A stretch of 64,000 bases of DNA, taken from contig OX597827.1 in assembly GCA_951406725.2 (NCBI GenBank), positions 81,840,001 through 81,904,000 on the forward strand, given 5' to 3'. Positions 26,685 to 40,225 of this stretch are shown piece by piece. Below the pieces are notes generated by a model, which saw nothing but the letters and a program-made list of their open reading frames with translations, made no database searches and was not told the DNA's origin. A program made the translations under genes and the position numbers. The stretch comes from Octopus vulgaris (taxonomy: Eukaryota). The stretch's first letter is position 1; every line of letters begins with the position of its first letter.

Positions 26685-27312
26685 TATATGTAAATATAAA
26701 TAGATGTATACATATAATTATTTATGTATACATGTATATACACATACATATACATTTATTTATGTATATATATAAACAGCAACAGCATTATAATTCTTTG
26801 TATTGAATGTTTTGTGTGTTTGATCTGTTATGTATGTGTACGTAAGTGTACATATGTGTGCACATAATTGTTTATGTATGCATTTATGAATGCATAGTTG
26901 TGTTTATACATAGAAGTATGATTGTATGATTAGCTGTGTGTATGTTTGTGCATGTAACTCTATAAACTTCTGTCACTCCATGTAACATTCTATATATGTT
27001 TGTGTGCCTCCCTGCATATATGAATATATATATATATATATACACACACACCTGTTCATATAAACATCAACATATACACCTCCTGCACACACTCTGACAT
27101 GCTAATAACATTTCCCTCAAGACAAACGCAGATATCTCTATCCGTCCATCAATCTGTTTGTCTGTCTGTCTATCTATCCATCTCTATCTATCTCTCTATC
27201 TCTGTTATCTTTCTACCTATCTGTCTGTCTGCCTGTCCATCTGTCTGCCTATCTGGCTGGCTGTCTGTCTGTCTATATCTAGCGTTCACTGTTGCCTATC
27301 TATCCCAGTATG

Positions 27313-27345
<33 letters not shown>

Positions 27346-27587
27346 TCATATAAACCTGCTCCACCACACCACCGCACCCCCCACTCACATACAAACAACC
27401 AGGAATCCATCCATGCAGAATGGAAATTAGAAGAAAATGGAAAGGAAAGGAATAAAAAAAATTCAAAAGTTATGAAAATGTTTAAAAAAAATGAAAACCT
27501 ATTCTATACAGTGAATATTAAATAAGTGACTTGTATATTAAATGCACACATATACATGTGTGCGTGTGTGTGTATGTGTGTGTGTGT

Positions 27588-27629
<42 letters not shown>

Positions 27630-27769
27630 ATACACATATATCAATACATGAGTAACTTATATATTAAATGCGTATGTATAATACACACGTAAAATATATT
27701 AGTAAATGAATAACTTATACATTGATGTAAATATATTATACATAACATATATATATATATATATATATA

Positions 27770-27809
<40 letters not shown>

Positions 27810-28264
27810 AACCTTTGAAAATCTTCCTCCACCCCTTCCAGGAAGATAGGGATTTTATGAAATCACCCTGTATTAGTGTTTGTGTGTTCAGTGGAGTGTC
27901 AAAGCCAGTTTCTTTCTTGCATTGAACTCCATGGCAGAGCTTCACAAATAACCTTGCTATTGATGGGACGTCAATATGGTGGGAGATTTGCACTTAAGGT
28001 GCAATGAGATGTAACTGTTGCTGCAATGCATTGCCATGCAATCTTCTCGCAATTCTGCCAATCAGCTACTCAGAATTGCTGCTATGTTTATTGACCCCGA
28101 GGAAAATGAAAAACAAAGTTGAACTCATTGGAATTTGAACTTTAAGCATTGAGTGTTGCAACAAATATCCAATGACTCCATCAATTTACCTAAACTTGTA
28201 TGTATTAATTGATACAAGTTAATATATGTTAATATATGCTTATGTATGTTAATATGTGTGATAC

Positions 28265-28505
28265 GTCTTTTATCTTTAGCTTTTTTCAGGCATTAGGCTG
28301 TGGTCATGCTGGAGCACTGCCTTGGAGAATTGTAGTCGAGTGACTCACCCTTTATTTTATTAATCTATTTTGCTGAACCACTAAGTTACATGAATGTAAA
28401 CACACCAGCACCAGTCATGCAGTAGTGGGCAACAAACACACACGCACACACACATGCTGGGCTTCTTTCAGTTTCTCTCAACCAAATCCACTCACAAGGC
28501 TTTGT
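28265..28505 (-). mobile_element. SINE family B, 3' portion
   Basis: Reverse-complement homology to the family B core and tail. Confidence 0.75.
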
Positions 28506-28556
28506 TGCGTTTGGTGTAATAGTGATAGATTTTTTTAATAAATACTAAACTAAATA

Positions 28557-28729
28557 GGCGCAGGAGAGGCTGTGTGGTAAGTAACTTGCTTACTAACCAC
28601 ATGGTTCTGGGTTCAGCCCCACTACGTGACACCTTGGGCAAGTGGCTTCTACTATAGCCTCGGGCCAACCAAAGCCTTGTGAGTGCATTTGGTAAATGGA
28701 AACTGAAAGAAGCCCATCGTGTATATATG

Positions 28730-28761
<32 letters not shown>

Positions 28762-29252
28762 GAGGCGCAATGGCCCAGTGGTTAAGGCAGTGGACTTGCA
28801 GTCGTAGGATCGCGCTTTCGATTCTCAGACCGGGCATTGTAAGTGTTTATTGAGCGAAAATACCTAAACCTCCACGAGGCTCCGGCAGGGGATGGTGGCG
28901 AGCCCTGCTGTACTCTTTTGCCACAACTTTCTCTCGCTCTTTCTTCTGTTGGCCTGCTCACTTAGCCAGCGGGATGTCATCATTTGAAGGCTGCAACAAT
29001 GCAAAGCGCATTGTGACCAACGATGTGTAGCAACATCTAATAGCCTGGTCGGTCACGGTGATATATATATATATGTGTGTGTGTGTTTGTGTTTGTCCCC
29101 ACATCATCGCTTTACAACTTAGCAGTTCAGCAAATAGAGACCAATACAATAAGTAATAGGCTTACAAGGAATAAGTCCTGGGGTCAATTTGCTCAACTAA
29201 AAGGTGGTGCTCCAGCATGGCCACAGTCAAATGACTGAAACAAATAAAAGAA
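28557..29252 (+). mobile_element. SINE family B split by a nested family F SINE
   Basis: Family B head 28557-28720, internal microsatellite, family B tail 29085-29252. Confidence 0.88.
28761..29060 (+). mobile_element. tRNA-derived SINE, family F
   Basis: A-box TGGCCCAGTGG and B-box-like TTTCGATTC; CpG-rich body unrelated to families A-C; flanked on both sides by the host SINE's (TA/TG)n. Confidence 0.8.
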
Positions 29253-30478
29253 TAAATGATAACAATGAAGTTTATAATTGAATACATTATTATAAGATTT
29301 AACGTGTCATTGAAAGACATTTCAAAGCATTTACTGTATAATGAAATATGGACTATGAAAATGTTCAGTGCAAACTCATTGTACATTAGACAGAGACAGT
29401 ATACAAAGTGACTTATGCACATGGATACATGTATATTCAAATAGATAAACACACATATATAGCTTACAAACTTACATGTTGATATGAACAGGTACGTGTG
29501 CACATAGGTATGTAAGGTAGAAATAAAATAATCATAAAAATGAATAAAATGTAAAAATTAAGAAAAAACAAAAATAATAAGAAAAATCGTTTTGGCAATG
29601 TAAACAGAATTTTGAGGGTGGCAAGATTTATAAAATGCTTTATAAAATATTCATTAGATATTCTTAAAAAAAGATTTTTCCTTTGGTGAATGTTGTGCAA
29701 GGATCCAAATATTCATCTCATCTGCGAATGCAAGTTTTTTAAAAGGGATTGCTGCTTATGTTAGCACTTAAAGTTTAGTTCAGACCTTTTGATTTATGCC
29801 ATGTAGTTCCTTGTTAAGATGCTAAATTTTTCAGCCGAGCAGATTTGATATCTGTTGGTGCACAGGATAGTTTTTAATGATTAAGCAGTTTTTCTAACTT
29901 TCAGGTTCTTCATATATTTTGCCACTGCCATAGTGTTTTGGTATTCAGAGATCTAGGAAGAGATTATATGATGTATATATTAGCGTTTAAAAGATTCAAT
30001 TGTAATCATTGTATAGTTTCCTATATATACTATGAGGTGAAGTGTCTTTGGTTTAACATACCAATACGTTATCAAAGTACTTGCCATTGATAGAACAAGA
30101 TTTAATGATGTTACTGTTACAAATTACGTACAAACTAAATTAGTCAGATTTTCACCATTACTATAACTAGCTTTTACTGCATTTTTATTGAAGTGTTTGA
30201 GGAAATTTGTGTGTTAAGAAAACACACATGAAACCAAGATATTATTTTGTTATATTCAAAACAACATTTAAACTGAAAGGTGGTTTAAACCACATAATTT
30301 TCCTAATTATATTCGTGTGATATTATTAGTGTTCAGCTTTATTATATTTTGCCCTCAAAGTCACACTCTGCTTCAACTTTATCATATTTGTAAGTGCATG
30401 TTTGTGAGTGTATATATGTGAATGCTTATGTTCCCCTTCAGGTATGTATGTGAACATTCATGTGAGCACACACACAAA

Positions 30479-30535
<57 letters not shown>

Positions 30536-30566
30536 GTACACACACAAACACATATCTATTTATCTA

Positions 30567-30608
<42 letters not shown>

Positions 30609-30636
30609 TAAATACATACACATGCATAAACACACA

Positions 30637-30686
<50 letters not shown>

Positions 30687-31254
30687 ATATATATATATAC
30701 TCTCTCTTGCACCTGTCAGGAGGATCAGTATCTGTTCATAACACTTTCTCTGATCATTCTCCTCCAAAGCTAAAGGTTCTTCCCACACACCACCACCACA
30801 CACCACCACCACACCCACTCTGCCCATGGGTTACCTCCTTACCTCCTCTCACACGTTACCCCCATGTTAATCTACTGATATTTCAACTGAACATCAGCCA
30901 TATTAACCACACCAGCCAGGGACAGTTTTAAAATGTTAAGGGAAATGCATCTCATCCGTATTTATATCTAAAAACAAACTTCATTGCTTTAGGATGTGTA
31001 TTTTGGTGTCTTCTAAGTGGTTTGTGTAGTAGTAGTAATGATAGTAGTAGTAGTAGTAGTAGTATTTAGGTGTGTTCTACAATGTGTGTGTGTTGTGTTA
31101 GTGTTTAATATGCATCCAAGAGCGTCTCTACTCGTGTCTGTCCAGTGGACGTGTTTAGATGTGTTCTAGAACATAATTATGAATTGTAGCAGCAGTGTTC
31201 AGATGCCTTCTACAATGTGCATGTCTGACTGTGTGCTTGTTGTGTTCATGTGTG

Positions 31255-31285
<31 letters not shown>

Positions 31286-31621
31286 TGTAGCAACAGTTCT
31301 GAGACCCCATAAAGAGTGCCCCTTTTTAGGGTCCCTGAAATAATTGCAAGTGTTGGAAACTGAAGAAACAAGGAAGGAATGCATTTTGCTTAGTTTACAC
31401 GTACAATGAGGGTCTGTAACGACCAGAAGAAGCAGCACCACATTCCAGTTGTGGGATGGGGGTGGGGGAGTCTTTTTTGGTATTGAATTTAATAAATAAT
31501 TCACTGGTGGGAGCATATGATGGTGGTGGTGGCAGTGGGGTTGAGAGAGATAGAGAGAGGGGATGAGAAAGTGGGGGAAGGAGGTTTTGTGCAACAGATA
31601 GACAAACAAACTGACACAATG

Positions 31622-31940
<319 letters not shown>

Positions 31941-32440
31941 GAGGGAGAGAAACAGAAGATAGATAGAGAAGTAGATAGGTAGACAAACAGACAGACATAG
32001 ATAGATAAGAGTAAGAGTAAGAAACAGAGAGAGAGAGAGAGACAGACACATACATCTGCATATATTTGTAATGAGTGTAAAAGGAGAAAGAAAGATGTGA
32101 AGAGAGAGGGTGGTGGGGTGGAGGGAGGGAGTGAGGGGTGGTGCTGTAACCCAGATAACAAAACGGTTCATTACTGTTGTTGTGCTTCAAAGATCTCACA
32201 GCAGCAGAGGCAGCAGCACAACCCGTTCTCATCAGCATCATCAGCATCATCATCACCACAAACACCACAAACACCACCGTCAGCAGCAACAAAACCATCA
32301 CCATTATCAAGACCACAACCATCGCCACCGCCGCCGCCGCCGCCACCACCAGCTGCAGCAGCAGTAATGAAACCGAATCCAGAATATAGGTTACTTCTTT
32401 ATCGATTAAACCACCACAACAGCAGCAACAACAACTACTA

Positions 32441-32471
<31 letters not shown>

Positions 32472-33104
32472 CACAATAGCAGCCGGCCAAGCAGCCAGCC
32501 AGCCAGCCAGCCAGCCAGCCAACCAGCCTCACATTTTAATGATGAAAAGAAGGGGGTGCGGGGGGGGGGGGAGCAGAGGGAATGAAAAAGGTGGTTTGAA
32601 GAGGTAGAGGTGGAGGAGGAGGAAGAAGAAAAGGAAGATGATGGGGAGGCACAGTAAAGAAACCTGTTTAGAAAACAACATCAGGTGCATACATATGTAC
32701 ATACATTATGAAGGCACATATATACGCATACATCAATGCAGGCAAATGCATACGTACATGCACACGCACACGTGTGGTTGTGTGTTTGTATGCATATCTT
32801 ATATCTATGTATCATCTCATCATCATCATTTAACATGTTTTTCCATGCTGGCATGTGTCGGACGGTTTGACAAGGTCCGAACCCAGCCAATTCCTGTGTG
32901 TGTGAGAGCTATTACTGCTCCACATGTACACACACATTCATGCATTTACATACATACATCCACATATCACTAAACACAAACTTAAATATACATACATACA
33001 CATATATTCTTTATATATTTTTCAGTCTATATAAACTGTATTGTCTCTCAGGAACACCTGTAATATCAATGGAAATGGGTAATGCATGAAGCTTATCACA
33101 TCAC

Positions 33105-33557
33105 ACAGGTGTGGCTGTGTGGTAAGTAGCTTGCTTATCAACCACACGGTTCCGGGTTCAGTCCCACTGCGTGGCACCTTGGGCAAGTGTCTTCTACTAT
33201 AGCCTCGGGCCGACCAAAGCCTTGTGAGTGGATTTGGTACACGGAAACTGAAAGAAGCCTGTCGTATATATCATCATCATTGTTTTCCATGCTGGCATGA
33301 GTTGGACGGTTCAACTGGGGTCTGGGAAGCCAGGAGGCTGCAGCAGGCTCCAGTCTGATCTGGTGTGTGTCTGTGTTTGTCCCCCCACCATTGCTTGATA
33401 ACGGATGTTAGTGTATTTACGTCCCTGTAACTTAGCGGTTCGGCAAAAGAGACCAATAGAATAACTACTAGGCTTACAGAGAATAAGTCCTGGGGTCGAG
33501 TTGCTTGACTAAAGGTGGTGCTCCAGCATGGCCACAGTGAAATGACTAAAACAAGAA
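33105..33557 (+). mobile_element. SINE family B with nested family E fragment
   Basis: Family B head, core and tail; CATCATCATTGTTTTCCATGCTGGCATGAGTTGGACGG inserted at ~33272-33365. Confidence 0.88.
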
Positions 33558-33727
33558 AAAGAATATAAGAATAAGTACGAAGAAAAAAAATCCTTCATGA
33601 GTTTTCGTGTGAATTTTTGAGGCTACGTATTTTGTCAATCTGGTGGGTTGACATCCAAAGTCCCAGTAATACACGAGGGCAGTTTTTACCAAAATGGACT
33701 CTTTGACTAAAACCTGAGGTTCCAATA

Positions 33728-33858
33728 TAGAGAGGAAGAGGCCGACCAAGAACCCACTGGCTTGACACCATCAGGAGTGGCCAATCTGAAGGATAGAACT
33801 GACTGGAGGACACTGATCCAACGAGTGACCGAGAGTCGACTGCGACTGAGCGGATAGA
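33728..33858 (+). mobile_element. RTE/BovB-like LINE 3' end
   Basis: Translates to RGRGRPRTHWLDTI and DRTDWRTLIQRVTESRLRLSG*; the nucleotide tail GAGAGTCGACTGCGACTGAGCG resembles the BovB-type GAGTCGGACACGACTGAGCG end. Confidence 0.75.
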
Positions 33859-34044
33859 GTTTGTAAAATAATTTCATGTTCTTCTAAAGTGGAATCTGTA
33901 AGGTTTGAAAACTGCAATAAAAATTCCAAAAGCAAATACGTACACTCCGCAATAGGTGTTTGTGGTGTTAGTTTGGTGAAGAATACGAAAGGTGGCTCTC
34001 TGAAGAAAATGGCCAGCAAGGAACAGATTAGTAGTCTTCTATCT

Positions 34045-34390
34045 TTATTTTTTTACTTGTTTCAGTCATTAGACTGTGGCCATGGTGGGGCACCACCTTG
34101 AAGAATTTTTAGTTGAATGAATCAACCTCTGTATTTATTTTCTAAAGCTTCGTACTGTTATCAGTCTCTTTTGCCAAGCTGCTAAGTTACATGTACATAA
34201 ACACATACTCACAAGAACCAACACAAAGGCACCCCCCTACACACACACATATAGTGGGATTCTTTCAGTTTCCATCTACCAAATCCAGTCACAAGGCTTT
34301 GGTTGGCCCAAGGTTATTGCCCAAGGTGCCATACAGTGGGACTGAACCTGGAACCATGTGGTTGGGAAGCAGGCTTCTTACCACATGCCT
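34045..34390 (-). mobile_element. SINE family B
   Basis: Reverse-complement homology to family B. Confidence 0.85.
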
Positions 34391-34999
34391 GAGATGAATC
34401 AGTGAATTGGTTACATACTCTCATTACTCTGGTCATGTCATTAACACAATGGGAAAAGGCATGAATGTCACAGCTTCATATAACTCCCTTAGCTATACTC
34501 CTGAATTTTTGCATCGTATCTTGTTGTTGTCATCTTTGACGTTGATGATATTTTGGTCTTCAAAGACTGAAGACAACTTCCCAAAGTCCTTGTCGTAGCA
34601 GGGCTAAGGGGAACGGGGTGGTAGGCACTCATTGTTTGGGACGAACTCTTTAGGGAGGCAAGTGCCAAAAGCCAAACCTGTGCAAGGGGGGTGAAAACTC
34701 AACAATCCAGTGTCCATGCATTAGTGATGTATCAGCTTGTGTCAGTAAGCTGTTGTCTTGTCTCAGACCAATCCAGTTGTCCACCAAGCATATAGTCAGG
34801 ATAAGTGAATGGGTGGGTCTCAGAGGTTATCATATTCAGCTCACAGTCAAAAGGTTGTGAGTTCATTCCCTGGTATCTTGGTGTCTCTTTGTGCAATGCA
34901 CTTTATTTCATGTTGCTCCAGTCCACTCACCTAAGATTGTTGGCCTTGTATAAAAATTTGAAGCAATCATTATCATTTATGGTTTCCTTTCATTATACC

Positions 35000-36566
35000 T
35001 ATATTTCAGCTGCCTTAGTACTGGGCATCCTCCAAAGGCCAAGAGTAGCAAGGGCACTTTTGCTTTGCTATGCATGCTAAAATTATCCCCACATTTATTC
35101 CATTTTAAATGGAGAGTTCTTTCCGTAATATATGGGCTGTACACATCAAGGTTACCTTTTGTACTTCACGGAGACTGGAGTTACCGGGGAGTTGTTTAAT
35201 ATACTTCTCAGCTCCCTTTTTTATCATTCCCAATGCACCAGTTACTACTGCAGATCTTTATAGTGAGAAAGCTTTTTGTATTCCTTTCTTAAGACATTTT
35301 GATCTTGTGGAACAGACATAATCTATTAACAGATGAGTTCCTCTGTTGTAGTCCTTGGTCACAATGTTTGGTCGACTGGAGTCAGTTTTTCCTTCTGTTT
35401 GTATTGGGAAGTTCCAAAGGATGGTGACACCCTCACCATTTACTACATCCTCTGGATGGTGCCTGTACCACTTATCATGGGATTTAATTTTGTAGCATTT
35501 GCAAGCATTCCTGTGGATCTACTTCCCTAGCCTGTCATGTCTTATGGGGTACTCCTTTTCAGCAAGGACTGGGCAGCCAGAAACAACATGATCAATTGTC
35601 CCTGTGAATTTTCTGCAAATTCTGCATGAGGGGTCAGATCCTTCTTTAAGGACGTTTGCATGGTAGTTTCTGGTAGGTAAAATCTGATCATGTGCTGCAG
35701 TAACAAAACCTTTTGTTTCCCTTTCAGACCTGTCCCTTTTAGCTATTGGTGTGTTAGATTTTGATCAATATCTGGCTTGGAAAGGTTGTTAGGATATTTT
35801 CCATGCAGGAGTTTGCCTTTCCAGTTGTCTTCGATATTATTCATGCAAGCCTCCTTTGCCCTTTTTTATGTTTTTTTTTTGCATCAGTGATAGGTTTGTC
35901 ACCATTTGGATCTCTTTAGTCTTTCTGATTGTTAATTTCTAAATCAGGAGAAGCAGTGGTAGGTCTTTCAGTATTTGGTTGTCTTGGTCATTCTTATTGT
36001 TAACTTGTAGGCCAAGAGACTTTTTAAATTTCTTACTAAGCTTCATAACTGAAGCTTGCTTGGAATCTTCAAGCTTCAGTGCAGTTCATAAGAGCACATC
36101 ACTTGTTGTATTAAGGTACATTTCAAGGCCTATTATTGCTGATCTGTATCAGGCCTCTTCTATTTATTTTTCTTGGAAGATAAATCCTGTCTACATCTGA
36201 TTTTGGATGGTGCATTCGGTACCTTGTAAAGATTTTACAGATCTTTCCAACCATATTCTGCATGACAGTGAGACTCCACTTAACAATACCGAAGCTATAA
36301 ATGGTTACTGGTATGGCCAAAGAATTGATTACATTAATTCCCTTGGCAGCATTTAATTCTGAGTTTAGGACCATTCTTACCCTTTGGTAGCATACCTTGT
36401 GGATTTTCTCTTTCACTTTGGAGTGCTAGATACCATCACCTTCATTGGTTCCCAGGTATTTGTATATTTCGGATTGCTCTAGGTTTCAAATAGCTATTGT
36501 AGTATCAAGTTCTATGTTTTCTACCTTTATGAACTTCCCTGCCTTGAAAGTAGCCTTTGCACACTT
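35000..36566 (-). mobile_element. R4/Dong-clade LINE fragment a (RT C-terminus, zinc knuckle, RLE)
   Basis: KCAKATF, INVINSLAIPVTIYSFG, MHHPKSDVDRIYLPR, TILWNFPIQT..RPNIV, EVQKVTLMCTAHILRK*; the 5' break is at (TAA)n. Confidence 0.9.
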
Positions 36567-36573
36567 ATTATCA

Positions 36574-36609
<36 letters not shown>

Positions 36610-36639
36610 GTAGTAGTAGTAGTAGTTGACTTGACTCAG

Positions 36640-37280
36640 GTTTGGTCTTATTCCTGGTAAAATTTATGTGGGTCATGGATTACTACTCGAAACTTTAGAT
36701 ATCCACAATATTTCAATAATCTTTCAAGTGCTTAAATCACTCCTGATAATCTTTCCTGTTCCTAAGAGTCAAACTTTCTGTAGAAGCTCTCCAGAACATT
36801 CTAGTCCAATCTCCTTCATTTCTCACTGTACCTAATGCATGAATTATTACAGGTATTACCTTTATAGTTTTTGTATTCCAAACTCTTGCAGTTCCAAATT
36901 TTAAGGGATTGTATTTTTTTGTCTTCTTTCTTCACAATCCTGGAATCAAACAGGCATAATGGATCAATCCTTCAGCAAATTTGATTTTTCTAGTATCTGG
37001 TTTGTTATTTTCTATCCCATAAAATCTTGCATTTTTCCAACCCGAGCACGTTTTTAACCTCAGTATTTACACCAAGTACTTCTTGCATCAAACCTCCATT
37101 TCTGACCAAGCTTCTAGTGTAAAACTTTCACAATTTAATCATACCTTCATTTCTTATATTCTCCCTGGGACAACTCAAAGCATTCCACAACGATGTCTGC
37201 CATCATTTCATCCCAAATTCCACATATTCTACATTTTGTCAACACCTTCTCCTCATACATATATTTTCTTAAGTTGTTTG
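36640..37280 (-). mobile_element. R4/Dong-clade LINE fragment b (RLE end)
   Basis: RVWNTKTIKVIPVIIHALGTV and LLQKV*LLGTGKIIR; the 3' end abuts the (TAA)n at 36566-36625. Confidence 0.75.
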
Positions 37281-37309
37281 TTTCTAATACCTGACCTTGA
37301 GCAGCTATA

Positions 37310-38640
37310 ATAAGGCTCCCAAAATCCTTGCTGTCCCCAACAGAGCAGTTTTTTGAGCATGTTTTATACTTGTGTCAATTCCAATTCTCAAACTTGGTTG
37401 TTAGTGCTCCCAGTGCCTCAACATTTACTCTCTTCATTGCCCATATTCTTGTAATTTCATCTTTTAGTATCTTGTATTTTACCACCTTTTCTAGCATTTT
37501 GTCACCTACACATGTGACCCCAGGTATGCCAATATCTATAATCATGGATTCCTTCTTCTTTTTATCACCTACAACAATCTCTTGTCTCTGAGTATCAATT
37601 AATGAGTCACAATGGATTGCAAAATCTCACAAAATTTTATATTCATTTTTCTCAGTGATGCCTTCAGGTTTATGTTTGTACTGTTATATGTCCTTCCAAA
37701 ACCAATCTCACACAATCTCCCATAAACATAACCATGTTACCATGCTACCCTTTGTAGTGTCTTTGGGCCAGTTTGCTGCACTCACAACATGAGAGATTGT
37801 TTCATTTTTACAGTCACACATCCTACAAAGAGGCAATTCACTGCTTTTATCCATTTGGAACTTGGTGTAGTTAGTTCTCAGCCCTTGTTCCGGGGCGTTG
37901 CACATCAGTGACTCAGTGCATCCTTTCAGATCACCTTTTCTTAGCCATCTTCACGGGTGTTGCTCTTGTCTTTCCCCTTCAATTTCTCTCAGGTATTGCA
38001 CATGCATTGTTTTCATTTGCCAATTGTTTAATCTTTCTTCCTCATCTTGTTTCTTAAATGTTTTTAGAGGTGTGTTACATTTCCGGTATCATGTTGCTAT
38101 TTCTAACAGTAGGAAGCAATGGTTCAAACTCCTGTTCGACATACCATTCCAGATTTCCCCACCCCCTTTGACAACACAGATCTTGCATCCTATGAGGCCC
38201 TCTTCCTCTCTTGGCACATACACTGTATTGATATCACTTTTAGGATGCAGTTTCTTGTTCATTGTCATCACTTTCCTAGATCTTCTATACATTTCATCAA
38301 GTTCATTTTTTGACCACCTATCAACACCTGTACCATATCTTATTAAGAAAACAACCCATGTATCTATTGCCCAGATCTTGTAATTTCCATTCAGTCTATT
38401 TTCTGCAATTGATCTAGTTCTCCTTAGGTATCCTTTCCTAAAGCTTTCCTTCGTTTTGTCATACTCCCAAATACCCACATCTTATATCTATCAATCTCAA
38501 CATCCTTGATTCACTCACCATTGAATGGTTGAATGGCACCATCAGATGACACTACTTTACCTTTTTTAATAAGCCTACCACACATTTCAGTCCCAATATC
38601 TTTACTGTTGAAAGCAGATCATTTATTTCAAGTTCACTCT
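37310..38640 (-). mobile_element. R4/Dong-clade LINE fragment c
   Basis: AIDTWVVFLIRYG, LHPKSDINTVYVPREEEGLIG, CRMCDCKNETISHVVS, QKTALLGTARIL. Confidence 0.88.
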
Positions 38641-38669
38641 TACCAAACCTCTTCAAGTCATCCTCTCGT

Positions 38670-39222
38670 TAACAACTCTTCTTCTCTTCTTGATAATCTC
38701 CCTGGTTTCTCTCTCTCTCTCTCTCTCTCAGTTGTATTTTAATTGTTTGTTTTCTTCCTCAACAACAGCTGCGACACACTGACCATCATCTTCTTCTCTC
38801 CCTCTTTCGATTCCCCTCAGGAATATTTCTGTTATTCTCTCTTTCTCTCTCTCTCCCTCTCTTAATGATATTTTACCCATCTTTGTTTAGTTTCAACTCT
38901 CACTCCATCTCCAGGTGATAATTCTTGTGTCTTTTGAATTTCCATGCTGACTTAAACATCATTTGATATCTGCAGCATTTGGTTTCTCCCTCTAAATTCA
39001 CCAATGTTTTCTCCATAAAGACAGCAGTTTTTTTCAAATGTTTTCTATCTTCTCTCTCTCTCTCTCTCTCTCTCTTCCAATCCCTCTCTTCCTGACAATA
39101 CTGTTCGTTTCTCTCTCTCTCTCCTTTCTCTCAGTTCTATTTTAGTTGTTTGTTTTCTCCCTCAACACACCTGTGACATTTTGGTCATCTTCTTCCTTCT
39201 CCCCTTCCTATTGATATTTCTC

Positions 39223-39258
<36 letters not shown>

Positions 39259-39350
39259 GTGATATTTTGTCCATCCTTGTATAACTTCAGCTCTAGTTAT
39301 ATTTGTATTCTTTTTCTTCCTTTTCTTCTTCAACACAGCTGCAACAAATC
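38670..39350. repeat. Degenerate CT-rich minisatellite (about 3 units)
   Basis: (CT)n-CAGTT..ATTTT..TTGTTTGTTTTCT..CTCAACAC..CTG.GACA..TCATCTTCTT recurs at ~38710 and ~39110, and in part at ~39290. Confidence 0.7.
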
Positions 39351-39359
39351 ATCATCATC

Positions 39360-39398
<39 letters not shown>

Positions 39399-39399
39399 A

Positions 39400-39560
39400 T
39401 TCATATAGACACAACAGATTAGACAGTTGGAAAAGAAAACTTCCTCACAAGTAACCTTTGATGCCAAGTACCCTCCTAAGTATCCTAGCTGCCCCTAATA
39501 AGAGTGTTTTCTGCATCTGTACTTAACTGGATTTTATGTCTATTTCCTCTATCCATCTGG
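39400..39560 (-). mobile_element. R4/Dong-clade LINE 3' tip d
   Basis: QMQKTLLLGAARILRRVLG; the 3' end abuts (TAA)n at 39361-39397. Confidence 0.75.
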
Positions 39561-39564
39561 CTTA

Positions 39565-39652
39565 ACAGGCATTCTTGCAGGGAAAATATATTTGTTCCTT
39601 GAGGAAGATAATCTACTTCCAGTAGAACAAAAGGGATGCCATAAAGAACTCA
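39565..39652 (+). mobile_element. Short plus-strand R4-type RT fragment
   Basis: ILAGKIYLFLEEDNLLPVEQKGCHK (cf. the EQKGCR motif); the only plus-strand piece in the cluster. Confidence 0.6.
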
Positions 39653-39689
39653 ATTATTATTGTTATTATCATTTTTATTATTATTTTAT

Positions 39690-40175
39690 TGCCTTTGCAC
39701 AGCTTCTAACGCTGGAGATGTACTATGGTGTCCGTTATTCACTGTGCTGTTTTCAGCAGGTACTGCACCTTTATTGCAGCCCTTATTTGTTCCAGGTACT
39801 TCTCAAGATTTTTACTCACTGTTCCCAGGGCTCCAACAACTATTGGTACTACTACTACCTTTTTCATCGACCACAACTGCTTATCCTCCCGAGCTAACCT
39901 GTCATGTTTATCGACTTTTCTTTCTTGCTTATCGCATACCTTGTTGTCAGCTGGGCTTGCTATATCTATGATCCAGCATCGTTTGCTTTCTTTCTCAATT
40001 AAGACTGTATCTGGTTTCCTATTCTCTATCTCATGATCACACTGAATCATAAAATCCCATAGGATCTTTACATTATCATATTTGATGATGCCTTCAGGTT
40101 TATGTTCATACCACTTTTTTGCTCTGTCAAGTCCATACTTGATGCAAAGTGCTTATTTGATCACGACCGCAAGTA
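39690..40175 (-). mobile_element. R4/Dong-clade LINE fragment e (RLE)
   Basis: ORF 39739-40050: RKPDTVLIEKESKRCWIIDIASPAD..VVVVPIVVGALGTV; bounded by TAA-rich tracts on both sides. Confidence 0.9.
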
Positions 40176-40225
40176 TCATTATTATTATTATAAAAGGATT
40201 GATGTAACTCTTCACAAAGGTAAAC

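Noticed and set aside
29540-30330. Possible hAT transposase C-terminal remnant (FINLATLKILFTLP); also GTGCCA-rich hAT-like subterminal repeats at 54314-54470 and GGGGCAGCA repeats at 17170-17290
   Set aside because: Too decayed: single short motifs without the following ERSFS motif or paired TIRs. It needs a profile search.
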